64,000 bases of DNA from Pirellulales bacterium (lineage in GTDB: Bacteria; Planctomycetota; Planctomycetia; Pirellulales; JAICIG01). Where the stretch lies: contig JBBDYJ010000020.1 of the NCBI GenBank assembly GCA_040901675.1, forward strand, positions 64,001 through 128,000. The letters are read 5' to 3'. Both the position numbers and the translations under genes were made by a program. The notes under the pieces were generated by a model. The model ran no database searches and had not been told where the DNA came from. It saw only the letters and a program-made list of their open reading frames with translations. How positions within the stretch are numbered: the first letter of the stretch is position 1; every line of letters begins with the position of its first letter. Positions 9,885-18,327 of the stretch are shown here, one piece after another.

Positions 9885-10391
9885 ATGACGCCCTGCCAGA
9901 GTCGATCGCCGACGCCGCGAGCCGAGCCAACCGGCCGGAGCTGGGCCGTGCGGGGCAGGCAGCCGGCCCCGCTCCATCCGGCCGCCGCCCGGCAAAGGCA
10001 CTGGCTGATCCTGGGCCTCTCGCTGGCCGTGGCCGCCATGGCCTTCTTGCTGGAGGTGCGACCGGACCAGCGCGTGGCCTTACGCGGCCTGCCGCAATGG
10101 CCGTTGCCTCACTCGTGCTTCTCACGCATGCTGGCTGGAGTTTCCTGCCCCGGCTGCGGTCTGACGCGAAGCTTTGTGCACCTGGCGCATGGCGACTGGC
10201 GGGCCTCCGTCGAGGTGCATCGCCTGGGATGGCTGTTGGCCGCGGCCATGGTAGCGCAGTTTCCGTACCGGTTGTTTGCGCTGGCGCGGGGCGTGCGGCG
10301 CGACTCCAGCGGCCGATGGGCCGAGTGGTTCGGCATCGGGCTGGTGGTGTTGCTGCTGGCCAACTGGCTTGCCGGGCTGGCGGGGATTTAA
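9885..10391 (+). CDS. DUF2752 membrane protein
   Basis: C...GVSCPGCGLTRSF motif and three hydrophobic segments. Confidence 0.85.
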   Translation: MTPCQSRSPTPRAEPTGRSWAVRGRQPAPLHPAAARQRHWLILGLSLAVAAMAFLLEVRPDQRVALRGLPQWPLPHSCFSRMLAGVSCPGCGLTRSFVHLAHGDWRASVEVHRLGWLLAAAMVAQFPYRLFALARGVRRDSSGRWAEWFGIGLVVLLLANWLAGLAGI

Positions 10392-10412
10392 AGAGGAGCC
10401 CGCTCCGCGTGA

Positions 10413-10542
10413 CCCGAATTCTGGGTAGCAGGACTCGCCAGAGTTCTGCTGCAGTTAAAAGCGGCCCGAACTCTGGGTAGAGGACTTGCCAGAGTTCTGG
10501 TGGAGCGGAAAGCGGGCCCGAATTCTGGCGAATCCGGCTACG
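10413..10542. repeat. Cluster of REP-like units (GTAGCCGGATTCGCCAGAATTCGG family)
   Basis: Three related units lie between convergent genes. GCCCGAATTCTGGCGAATCCGGCTACG recurs exactly at 25526-25552, and GTAGCAGGACTCGCCAGAGTTCTG recurs near 25647. Confidence 0.8.
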
Positions 10543-11341
10543 GACGTGGATATGCACGCGTGATGGCGAGGACCTGGTCGAGGACGTGGCCGTTGGTGGC
10601 GACGGCTTCGCCGGCGTGCATGGTGCGATGACCCTGCCAGTCGGTAAACGTGCCGCCGGCTTCTTCGAGGATCGGTTGGATGGCGGCGCAGTCCCAGAGG
10701 TTAACCACCGGGTCGAGCATCAACTCCGCTCGTCCCGTGGCCACCAGCACGTATCCGTAACAATCGCCCCAGGTGCGTGCCAGCCGGCAGGCCGATTCCA
10801 ATTGGGCCAGCGCCGGCCGCCGTCCGGGGCCGTCGTAGGCGGCCAGCTCCGAGGTGCAAAACAAGGCGTCGGCCAGGCTGGTCTTGTCCGACACGCGGGC
10901 CTGGCGCGTTTCCATGCCGTCCCGAGCGCACCAGGCCCCCTGCCCTGCCGCGGCATACACCGATTCTCCCAGCGCGGGCAGGTTGATCACGCCGATCACG
11001 CTCTGGCCGTCGAATTCGACGCCGATGAGCGTGCCATACAAGGGCACGCCGGAGACGAACGATTTCGTGCCGTCGATCGGATCGAGGATCCAGCGAAAGC
11101 CGCTCGTGCCATCCCGGCTCGGCAGCTCCTCGCCCAGGATGGCGTCGGATTTGAAGCGGCCTTCGATCCGCTCGCGCAAGCGCTGCTCGGCCTTCCGATC
11201 GGCGACCGTGACCGGGGTCTGGTCCGGTTTCAGCTCGACCTGGTAGTTGCCGCGCCGAAAGAACTCCAACGTGATTGCGCCGGCTTCCTCGGCGGCCGCC
11301 AAAGCCAACTCGAGCCGCGGCAGTAGTTCCGTCTGCAGCAT
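10538..11341 (-). CDS. hisN: Histidinol-phosphatase, inositol monophosphatase family
   Basis: PVTVADR, ILGEE, WILDPIDGTKSF, RTWGDCYGY and WDCAA. Confidence 0.85.
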   Translation of the reverse strand: MLQTELLPRLELALAAAEEAGAITLEFFRRGNYQVELKPDQTPVTVADRKAEQRLRERIEGRFKSDAILGEELPSRDGTSGFRWILDPIDGTKSFVSGVPLYGTLIGVEFDGQSVIGVINLPALGESVYAAAGQGAWCARDGMETRQARVSDKTSLADALFCTSELAAYDGPGRRPALAQLESACRLARTWGDCYGYVLVATGRAELMLDPVVNLWDCAAIQPILEEAGGTFTDWQGHRTMHAGEAVATNGHVLDQVLAITRAYPRP

Positions 11342-11353
11342 GGGATGATTGCG

Positions 11354-11752
11354 CTATTTGGGTTCCAACAAATGTGCCAGCTTGACGGCGGCCAGCTCGC
11401 GGCGGGTGTTGGCGGTTATGCTTTCAAGCACCTGGCACAGACGCGACTGCGAAGCCTGGCTCAACCCCCTGCCGGCCGGCACTACGCTGGCCAACGGACC
11501 GTCGATTGCTTCGATCACCTCCAGGAGCGAGATCTGGTCCGCCGGGCGCTGCAGGCTGTAGCCGCCGTCGACGCCGCGCGTCGACTGCAGGATGCCGTGC
11601 GTGACCAGGTTGCGCAGAATCTGCAGCAGGAAACGCTCCGGCATCTGGCCCTCGGCGGCCAGCCGGCTGCAAGGAACCGGTTTGCGGCCTGCAGCTTGGG
11701 CAAGCTGAACCGTGGCTTGCAAGGCGTAGGCAACAGTGCGCGACAACCGCAT
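11354..11752 (-). CDS. Rrf2 family transcriptional regulator
   Basis: RFLLQILRNLVTHGILQSTRGVDGGYSL...ISLLEVIEAIDG. Confidence 0.92.
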   Translation of the reverse strand: MRLSRTVAYALQATVQLAQAAGRKPVPCSRLAAEGQMPERFLLQILRNLVTHGILQSTRGVDGGYSLQRPADQISLLEVIEAIDGPLASVVPAGRGLSQASQSRLCQVLESITANTRRELAAVKLAHLLEPK

Positions 11753-11898
11753 GGTCGGCGCCTCCCTGCCTTCGACTCTGCTCGCTCAATCGTCTGAACC
11801 GCCCTCACGGACCAGCAGAATTATGCGCCTGCCCGCGCCGGATTGCTAACCAAATCTGAACACTTTTCCATCCGGGTCGGCTTTTTCGGGGGGGTAGA

Positions 11899-11929
11899 GA
11901 AGGCAGAAGGATGAAGGCAGAAGGCAGAA
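11899..11929. repeat. Heptamer tandem array (GAAGGCA)
   Basis: GAAGGCA GAAGGAT GAAGGCA GAAGGCA. Confidence 0.8.
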
Positions 11930-11995
11930 TCAAACACGGACTGGGGCACGCTAACGCTTGACATAGGCGCGCGGGGTGGGCCGAGGGGCCGACGC

Positions 11996-12514
11996 TCAGG
12001 CCTCCGCGCGGGTGGCCTCGCTTGGCTCGGCAAGGTGCTGGGGGTCGCCGCGGGCGTGCCATAAGAGCAGGGCGGCCCCGATTACGAGCAGGCTGTCGGC
12101 AATGTTGTAATTGGGCCACTTCCAATCGGGGAGGCCCATGAGAATCCAGTCGCGGACTCCCCCGATCGCCAGGCGATCATACAAGTTACCCAGAATGCCA
12201 CCGGTCACCATGGCCAAGGCCAGCGTCAGCAGGCGGTCGATGGCGGCCCGGGCCACAAACAGCCAATAGAGGATGAAGACCAAGGCCACTACCGACAGGC
12301 CGGCGAACAGCCACGTCAAGCCCTGGCCCATCCCGAACAATGCCCCTTTATTCAGGCTGGTTTGAAAGCCGAGATAGTCCTCCCACAGCCACCAAACCTC
12401 ACCCCCCAGCGGCACTCTGGCGAAAACCCAGCTTTTGGTGGCCAGATCGGCCAACGAGCCGGCGGCGGCCACGGCGGCGAACAGCAAATACCGGCCTGCG
12501 GGAACGAACCTCAT
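11996..12514 (-). CDS. lspA: Lipoprotein signal peptidase II
   Basis: DLATKSW, NKGALFG, GGILGNLYDR, VRDWI and NYNIADS. Start uncertain. Confidence 0.92.
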   Translation of the reverse strand: MRFVPAGRYLLFAAVAAAGSLADLATKSWVFARVPLGGEVWWLWEDYLGFQTSLNKGALFGMGQGLTWLFAGLSVVALVFILYWLFVARAAIDRLLTLALAMVTGGILGNLYDRLAIGGVRDWILMGLPDWKWPNYNIADSLLVIGAALLLWHARGDPQHLAEPSEATRAEA

Positions 12515-12563
12515 GCCAGCCACGCGAATGGGTGCCGTTGCAGCCGGGTCCGACGCTGCCGGT

Positions 12564-12935
12564 TCAGCCGCGTTCGAGCTGGCCCGCGCACTTGACGCAC
12601 AGGGCGACGTAGGCGATGGCGTTGAGCCGGGCCTTGGGGATCTTGACGCCGCACTCCTCGCATTGGCCATAGGTTCCATCCTCGATGCGTTCCAATGCCA
12701 GTTCGATGGCCTCCAGGGTATCCTCCTCGTTTTCCATCAAGCTGAGCGTAAACTCCTGCTCGTAGTTGTCGCTGCCAAGATCGGCCATGTGGATCGGCAT
12801 GCTCGAAATCTCGCCGCCACCTTCCATCCGGTTCTTTTTGAGCGCCGCGTCGGCCATCTGGCTCACATCGCCGCGAAGTCGTGCCCTCAAGGCCAGCAGC
12901 CGCTCTTTGTAAACCTTCATCTCGGCCTTCTTCAT
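12564..12935 (-). CDS. TraR/DksA family C4 zinc-finger protein
   Basis: HMADLGSD...ALERIEDGTYGQCEECG..IPKARLNAI....LCVKC. Confidence 0.92.
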   Translation of the reverse strand: MKKAEMKVYKERLLALRARLRGDVSQMADAALKKNRMEGGGEISSMPIHMADLGSDNYEQEFTLSLMENEEDTLEAIELALERIEDGTYGQCEECGVKIPKARLNAIAYVALCVKCAGQLERG

Positions 12936-12993
12936 ACGCGAGTTCTCCGGCAGTATCCCTGGATGAGTGCCTCTCATGGTCCACAGACCTGCC

Positions 12994-13022
12994 ATTTTAC
13001 GGTCGATGAAATCGAGAGTCAA
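12994..13022 (-). promoter_or_regulatory. Sigma70-type promoter for the dksA-like/lspA genes
   Basis: TTGACT-N17-TAAAAT on the minus strand. Confidence 0.7.
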
Positions 13023-13033
13023 ACCGCTCAGCC

Positions 13034-13062
13034 TTGAAGGCCGTCAGGGCAGGCCGTAAACT
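13034..13062 (+). promoter_or_regulatory. Sigma70-type promoter for thrC-dapB
   Basis: TTGAAG-N17-TAAACT, back to back with the divergent promoter. Confidence 0.6.
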
Positions 13063-13111
13063 ATTTCGGGCCTGCGAGGGGGCCGCGCGTGAAATCGGGA
13101 GACCACCAGCC

Positions 13112-14518
13112 ATTAGCGTCACCACGACCGACCTGGCCTGCCAGAGGTGCATCGCGCCGGCTTGCGGAGCCACCTACTCGATCGACGAGGCCCGCGTCGA
13201 TTGCCGCGTCTGCGGCAGCTTGCTCGACGTGGTGTACGATTGGCAGCGGGCACGGCCTCCGGAATCGTGGCATTTTTTCGAGCAAAAGTGGTCGCAGCGG
13301 CTCGATCCGCTCTGTTTCAGCGGCGTCTGGCGGTTCCGCGAGCTGTTACCGTTTGCCCAGCCGGACCAGATTGTCACCCTCGGCGAGGGGCAGACGCTGC
13401 TGCACCCCTCGGCCGGAGTGGGGCGCTACGTGGGCCTGGAGCCGGGCCGCTTGTATCTCCAGTACGAGGGGATGAACCCCTCGGGCAGCTTCAAAGACAA
13501 CGGCATGTCGGCCGCATTTACCCACGCCCGGATCACCGGGGCGGCGCGGGCGGCGTGCGCCTCGACGGGCAACACCAGCGCCTCGCTGGCGCTGTACAGC
13601 TCGGTGACGCGGCTGATGAAAGCGGTGATCTTTGTCGGGTCGGGCAAGATCTCGTACGGAAAGCTGTCGCAGGCCCTCGACTTCGGGGCCCTGACGGTCC
13701 AGATCGCCGGCGACTTCGACGACGCCATGGCCCGCGTGCAGGAGGTCTCGCAGCAACTGGGCATCTACCTGGTCAACAGCGTCAACCCCTTCCGGCTGGA
13801 AGGCCAGAAGACGATCATGTACCGGGTGCTCGAAGCGCTGGCCTGGGAGGTTCCCGACTGGATCGTGGTGCCCGGTGGCAACTTGGGCAACTCCAGCGCC
13901 TTCGGCAAGGCCTTCACGGAGCTGCGCGAAATCGGCCTCATCGATCGCCTGCCGCGGCTGGCCGTGATCAACGCGGCCGGCGCCAACACGCTGTATGAAC
14001 TGTATCATCGCCGCGGCCTGCGCTGGAACGGCGGGGCGCCGGACCTGGCCCTGTGCGGCTCGTACTACGGCGAACTGGACAGTGCCCGCAAGCGGGCTTC
14101 GACCATCGCCAGTGCCATCGAGATCAATCGGCCGGTCAACCTTTACAAGTGCCTGCGGGGCCTGGAGGTCTGCGACGGGGTGGTCCGGCAAGTGACGGAC
14201 CAGGAGATTCTCGATGCCAAGGCGCAAGTGGGCGCCGGCGGCCTGGGCTGCGAACCGGCCAGCGCCGCCAGCGTGGCCGGCGCCAAACTACTGCGCGGCG
14301 AAGGCGTCATCGCGCCCAGCGACCGCGTGGTTTGCATCCTGACCGGCCACCACCTCAAGGACCCCACCGCCACGGTCGCCTACCATACCACCGACCAGGA
14401 TATGTTCAACAAGGTGATGGGTTCGCGGGGGGTCAAGCGGGCGGCGTATGCCAACCGGGCGGTGGCCGTCTCCAACGACCTGGACGAGATCGTGCGGGCC
14501 ATTCACCTGTACAGTTAA
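13112..14518 (+). CDS. thrC: Threonine synthase; start uncertain (ATT at 13112 or TTG at 13034)
   Basis: [27 protein letters not shown] (PLP lysine), [33 protein letters not shown] and ILTGHHLKD. Confidence 0.93.
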   Translation: MSVTTTDLACQRCIAPACGATYSIDEARVDCRVCGSLLDVVYDWQRARPPESWHFFEQKWSQRLDPLCFSGVWRFRELLPFAQPDQIVTLGEGQTLLHPSAGVGRYVGLEPGRLYLQYEGMNPSGSFKDNGMSAAFTHARITGAARAACASTGNTSASLALYSSVTRLMKAVIFVGSGKISYGKLSQALDFGALTVQIAGDFDDAMARVQEVSQQLGIYLVNSVNPFRLEGQKTIMYRVLEALAWEVPDWIVVPGGNLGNSSAFGKAFTELREIGLIDRLPRLAVINAAGANTLYELYHRRGLRWNGGAPDLALCGSYYGELDSARKRASTIASAIEINRPVNLYKCLRGLEVCDGVVRQVTDQEILDAKAQVGAGGLGCEPASAASVAGAKLLRGEGVIAPSDRVVCILTGHHLKDPTATVAYHTTDQDMFNKVMGSRGVKRAAYANRAVAVSNDLDEIVRAIHLYS

Positions 14519-14550
14519 CTTCGGCCGGGCCGCGGCCGACGAGATCGAAC

Positions 14551-15348
14551 GTGAGCACGCGAATCGCCATCCACGGAGCAGCCGGCCGCATGGGCCAGCG
14601 GCTGGTCGCCTTGGCTGCCGCCGACCCGCAGTTCGAAATCGCCGCCGCGTTGGAGAGTCCGCGGCATCCCCGCCTGGGAGAAGACGCGGGCCTGGTGGCC
14701 GGCGCGGGTCCGTTGCAGGTGCCGCTGTCAAGCCAGCTCGACGTTCCGGTCGACGTGGTCGTCGATTTTTCCGTTCCCGCCGGGGCCATGGCCATTACGG
14801 ACGTTTGCCTGGCCCGCCGACTGCCGCTGGTGATCGCCACCACGGGGCTCGACGACGAGCAGTCGGCCCGGCTGCGCTCGGCCGCCGATACGATCCCGCT
14901 GTTGTTTGCCCCCAGCATGAGCCTGGCCGTGAACCTGGCGATGAAGCTTTCGTCCGTGGCTGCCGAGCGCCTGGCCGATCATCCTTCGGGGGTTGACGTG
15001 GAGATCATCGAGCGGCACCACCGCTTCAAGGAAGACGCGCCCAGCGGCACGGCCTTGAAGTTCGGCCAGGTCATTGCGTCGCAGATGGGCCAGGTGCAAG
15101 CGCGGCATGGCCGCCAGGGGAGGCCGGGCGCCAGGCCGCCCGGCGAGATCGGCTACCACGCGGTGCGGGTGGGCGACAATCCGGGGGAGCACACGATCGT
15201 GTTTGGCCTTTTGGGCGAAACGCTGGAGATCACGGTGCGGGCCACCAGCCGCGACTGCTACGCCCACGGCGCCCTGGCCGCCGCTCGCTTCCTGGTCGGC
15301 CAGCCGGCCGGGCTTTACAACATGGACGACGTGATGGGTCTGGAGTGA
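14551..15348 (+). CDS. dapB: 4-hydroxy-tetrahydrodipicolinate reductase
   Basis: GAAGRMG, VVVDFS, VIATTG and EIIERHHRFKEDAPSGTA; GTG start. Confidence 0.96.
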   Translation: MSTRIAIHGAAGRMGQRLVALAAADPQFEIAAALESPRHPRLGEDAGLVAGAGPLQVPLSSQLDVPVDVVVDFSVPAGAMAITDVCLARRLPLVIATTGLDDEQSARLRSAADTIPLLFAPSMSLAVNLAMKLSSVAAERLADHPSGVDVEIIERHHRFKEDAPSGTALKFGQVIASQMGQVQARHGRQGRPGARPPGEIGYHAVRVGDNPGEHTIVFGLLGETLEITVRATSRDCYAHGALAAARFLVGQPAGLYNMDDVMGLE

Positions 15349-15350
15349 GC

Positions 15351-15387
15351 GGTGGAAAAGGAGGAAGGCGGAAGGAAGAAGGAGGAG
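15351..15387. repeat. Heptamer array (AAGGAGG-like) just after the dapB stop
   Basis: About 5 degenerate 7-bp units. Confidence 0.7.
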
Positions 15388-15425
15388 TACGCTCAGCGCA
15401 GGGAGTGGAAGCTTCGCCCGGTCGT

Positions 15426-15791
15426 TCATGGATTGTCTTGAAGCCGGGCGCGCACTTCCGGCAGCGGGTATTCAAGAATGCTCAGCTCGCGGCCACGCAG
15501 CTCGAGCAGCCGGCGCCAACCGCGCGTGACCAGGATCTCGCGCTGGCGGACATAGTCCGGATCGAGCTGGCGCTTGTCGAAGGGCCCTTGAGCGACTACG
15601 GGTTCGAAGCGCTCGTCGACAATGAATTGGGCCAGCGCGGGATTGCAGCGGATGTGGCGCTCGCGCGTGGTGTGGAGCGTCTCTGGATCCACCAGCCCGA
15701 TCACATAGCGCAAATACAGGTCGCTGTCGTCGATCTCTTCGACGTCAGCACCGCAGACATCGCAAAGATAGCCTTCCTCGCATTTGGCCAT
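15426..15791 (-). CDS. Hypothetical protein with CxxC and HxxC motifs
   Basis: MAKCEEGYLCDVCG...ERHIRCNPALAQFI; codon usage is gene-like. Confidence 0.75.
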   Translation of the reverse strand: MAKCEEGYLCDVCGADVEEIDDSDLYLRYVIGLVDPETLHTTRERHIRCNPALAQFIVDERFEPVVAQGPFDKRQLDPDYVRQREILVTRGWRRLLELRGRELSILEYPLPEVRARLQDNP

Positions 15792-15906
15792 GCGGCGACC
15801 TGCAAAAGAGAAGGAGGAGTAGGACTGGGTCGGACCCTCCAGCCTACCGCCAACCACCTGCCACTACGAGTCTGATTGAAGACTAGGGCACACTGCGCTT
15901 TGCTGA

Positions 15907-15950
15907 TTCCTCCTTCCTCCTTCCTCCTTCCTCCTTCCTCCTTCATCCTT
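15907..15950. repeat. Heptamer array (TTCCTCC)x5 plus TTCATCC, overlapping the ROK stop codon
   Basis: Direct reading; the TGA stop at 15943-15945 lies within the array. Confidence 0.9.
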
Positions 15951-16974
15951 TGCCTTGTGCCAGGGCCAGCGCGCCGTGCACGACCATCTCCTCGCCGAGG
16001 CGCGCGGGCACGATGTCGAACGTCCCGACCAGCGGCGGAAATACGTAGCGGTTGGCGGCCGCCCGCAACGGCTCGAACAGCAGCTTCTCGCCCATCAGCG
16101 CCACACCCCCTCCCACGACGACCACCTGCGGTGACAAGAGCGTGACCGCCTGGGCAATCCCCCAGCCCAGCACCTGCCAGGCATGGTGCAGCGTCTCCAG
16201 GGCCACCAGGTTGTTGTCGGCCGCCGCCTCGGCCAGCATCCGGGCCGTGATCCGCTCCAGGTCGCCGTCGCACCGCCGCCACAGGTCGGCCGCATACTCT
16301 TCCTCCGCCTCCTCCACCTCGATCAGATGTTGCCGCACGTGTTCCGGCTTGAGCGGCTGCGCCCCCGCGCGAAACGCGCCCAGCCGGCGCGAGATCGGAC
16401 CGGCCAGGTGGGCCTGGGCCGCCGCGGCCAGGCCCCAGCCGCTGGCGATCGACTCGACCGTTTCCTCGGGACGATCGGCGTGCAGGCCGGGCCGCAAGTG
16501 GCCGATTTCCGCGGCGCCGCGGCCATGGCCGCGATAGGTTTCGCCATCGACGACGAGGCCGCCGCCGATGCCGGTGCCGACCGTCACGTAGAAGACGGGG
16601 TTGCGTCCACGGCCGGCGCCGAATCGCGCTTCGGCCAAACCGGCCAGATCGGCGTCGTTGCCCAACACCGCTGGCACGCCCAACGTTTCGCGGCACCAAT
16701 TGAGCAGCGGAAAGTCGGACCAGCCTTCGATCTGGTGGCTGCGGACCACGCGGCCGCGGGCACTGTCGACCGGCCCGCCGAAGCCGACCGCCATCCGCTC
16801 GACGCGGTGGCGCTCGATGAGCCCCGGCGCAGCCTGCCGGATCTGGTCGAGGATTCCCGTTGCGCCGAGGGCCGGGTCGACGTCGAGGCGCTTCAGCTCT
16901 ACCAGCGGTGGGCCGTCCCCGCGTCCCACGCCCAACTGCAGCTTGGTTCCGCCGATCTCGAGGCCCAGGAACAT
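15943..16974 (-). CDS. ROK family sugar kinase
   Basis: LGLEIGGTK, GFGGPVD, NDADLAGLAE, TVGTGIGGG and AEIGH. Confidence 0.93.
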   Translation of the reverse strand: MFLGLEIGGTKLQLGVGRGDGPPLVELKRLDVDPALGATGILDQIRQAAPGLIERHRVERMAVGFGGPVDSARGRVVRSHQIEGWSDFPLLNWCRETLGVPAVLGNDADLAGLAEARFGAGRGRNPVFYVTVGTGIGGGLVVDGETYRGHGRGAAEIGHLRPGLHADRPEETVESIASGWGLAAAAQAHLAGPISRRLGAFRAGAQPLKPEHVRQHLIEVEEAEEEYAADLWRRCDGDLERITARMLAEAAADNNLVALETLHHAWQVLGWGIAQAVTLLSPQVVVVGGGVALMGEKLLFEPLRAAANRYVFPPLVGTFDIVPARLGEEMVVHGALALAQGKG

Positions 16975-17050
16975 AGTGGTCGGTGGTCGGTGGTTAGTGG
17001 TTGGTGGTTGGTGGTCGGTGGTTGGTGGTTGGTGGTTGGTGGTTGGTGGT
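16974..17050. repeat. Heptamer tandem array (YRGTGGT)x11
   Basis: TAGTGGT, CGGTGGT and TGGTGGT units lie between the four-helix-bundle stop and the ROK ATG. Confidence 0.95.
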
Positions 17051-17054
17051 TGCG

Positions 17055-17474
17055 CTAGCGGTCGTGCGTTAGGGATCGCAGCAGGCCGTTCAAAAGGCGC
17101 GCGGTTTCGTGCAGTGAAACGAGGGCTTCCTCCCTCTTCACCGCGTTGATGTAGCGCAGACGCTCGGCAATCAGGACCTGGGTTTCCGCTTCGCCCAATG
17201 AACCACGCGCAATCGAGAGGAAGCGGCGAAAGTCGGGCGTGGATTCGCGGCACTGTCCTTCAGCGATGTTCGAAGGAATCGACGTAGCGGCTCTGCGGAG
17301 CTGGGCCGTGAGGCCGAACACTTCCTCTTTCGGGAAGCTCGATGTAGTCCGATACACGGTTTCGACGAGGTCCATTGCCTTTTGCCATACGATCAGGTCT
17401 TGAAAGCTTCGAACGGACAGTTCGTTCTCCCATCTTGGTTCGTGGCTAGTGTCAGTCGTTGGCGCTTCATGCAC
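17055..17474 (-). CDS. Four-helix-bundle protein (23S rRNA IVS / TIGR02436-like); likely start is CTG at 17420
   Basis: SFQDLIVWQKAMDL...FPKEEVFGLTAQLRRAATSIPSNIAEG...FLSIARGSLGEAETQ. Confidence 0.95.
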   Translation of the reverse strand: MHEAPTTDTSHEPRWENELSVRSFQDLIVWQKAMDLVETVYRTTSSFPKEEVFGLTAQLRRAATSIPSNIAEGQCRESTPDFRRFLSIARGSLGEAETQVLIAERLRYINAVKREEALVSLHETARLLNGLLRSLTHDR

Positions 17475-17520
17475 AGTAATAATAGTAATCGTTGGTCAGC
17501 GGACAGCCATAGCTTCATAC

Positions 17521-17547
17521 CGACCACCGACCACTAACCACCGACCG
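17521..17547. repeat. Heptamer array (ACCACYR)x3-4, inverted relative to 16974-17050 and containing the gmhA stop
   Basis: CG ACCACCG ACCACTA ACCACCG ACCG. Confidence 0.85.
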
Positions 17548-18148
17548 CATGCCTGCCTTCGCGGTTGATGCGGGCGTAGACGTCGTTGAGAACCCAGTGG
17601 AACAGGCAAAGGTGAATGCTCTCGACCATTCCCATGTCGGCCAGCGCAACGTGCAGGCCGGACTGGGCCAGCTCCCGCAGCTTGCCGCCGGAAAAGCCGG
17701 TCAGGCCGAAGGTGGTCAAACCATGGCGGTTGGCCCAGTCGACGGCAGCCAGGACGTTGGGGCTGTTGCCCGAGCCGCTGATGGCGATCACCAGGTCGCC
17801 GGCAGCGCCGTAGTTCATCAGTTGCTGGACAAAGATCTGGTCATAGCCCAGGTCGTTGCCGACCGCCAGGATCCAGCCGAGGTTGTCGGTCAGGCTCATC
17901 ACCTTGAGCCGCTTCTTGGTCTCGTCCTTCAAGTCCCTTTCTCGCAGCAAGCTCTTGCCGAGGTCCTCGCTCATGTGCGTGGCCGTGGTCCCCGAGCCGC
18001 CGTTGCCGAAGATGAAAACGAGCTTCTCGTTCTGCCAGGCCTGGTAGACCAGGTCGGCCATCCGGCCGATTTCGGCCTGGTCGACCCGTTCGAGCTCCTG
18101 TTTCAAGCGAGTCACGTATTGGGGAACGTCGAGCGTAGCGCCGAGCAT
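17534..18148 (-). CDS. gmhA: SIS-domain phosphosugar isomerase (GmhA-like)
   Basis: FGNGGS, AVGNDLGYDQIF, ISGSGNSPNV, GLTGFSGG and ESIHL. Confidence 0.8.
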   Translation of the reverse strand: MLGATLDVPQYVTRLKQELERVDQAEIGRMADLVYQAWQNEKLVFIFGNGGSGTTATHMSEDLGKSLLRERDLKDETKKRLKVMSLTDNLGWILAVGNDLGYDQIFVQQLMNYGAAGDLVIAISGSGNSPNVLAAVDWANRHGLTTFGLTGFSGGKLRELAQSGLHVALADMGMVESIHLCLFHWVLNDVYARINREGRHAVGG

Positions 18149-18279
18149 GGGAAGAGTTCCGCGAAATGACCGGGGATCGACCAGCCAGGCATTCTATTGA
18201 CCAGTGCAGGGCGAAATCAACCGGGTACCCGCGGCCTCCGTGGGGCCATGCTAGCCGAACCGACGGACTTTCCAGTGGC

Positions 18280-18327
18280 CCTTCCTTCATTCATCCTTCT
18301 GCCCTCCTCCCTCCTCCCTCCTCCTTC
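18280..18327. repeat. Heptamer array overlapping the MFS C-terminus and stop
   Basis: The minus strand reads GAAGGAG GAGGGAG GAGGGAG GAGGGCA GAAGGAT GAATGAA. Confidence 0.75.

Noticed and set aside
10413..10542. CRISPR array
   Set aside because: The units are few, degenerate, in mixed orientation and irregularly spaced, and there are no cas genes. REP clusters fit better.
16975..17253. N-terminal extension of the ROK kinase (PPTTNHQ repeats)
   Set aside because: It is a translation of the heptamer array and overlaps the four-helix-bundle gene. The ROK domain begins at ATG 16974.
17055..17474. Diversity-generating retroelement (Avd-like gene)
   Set aside because: No reverse transcriptase and no template/variable repeat pair differing at adenines is visible in the window.
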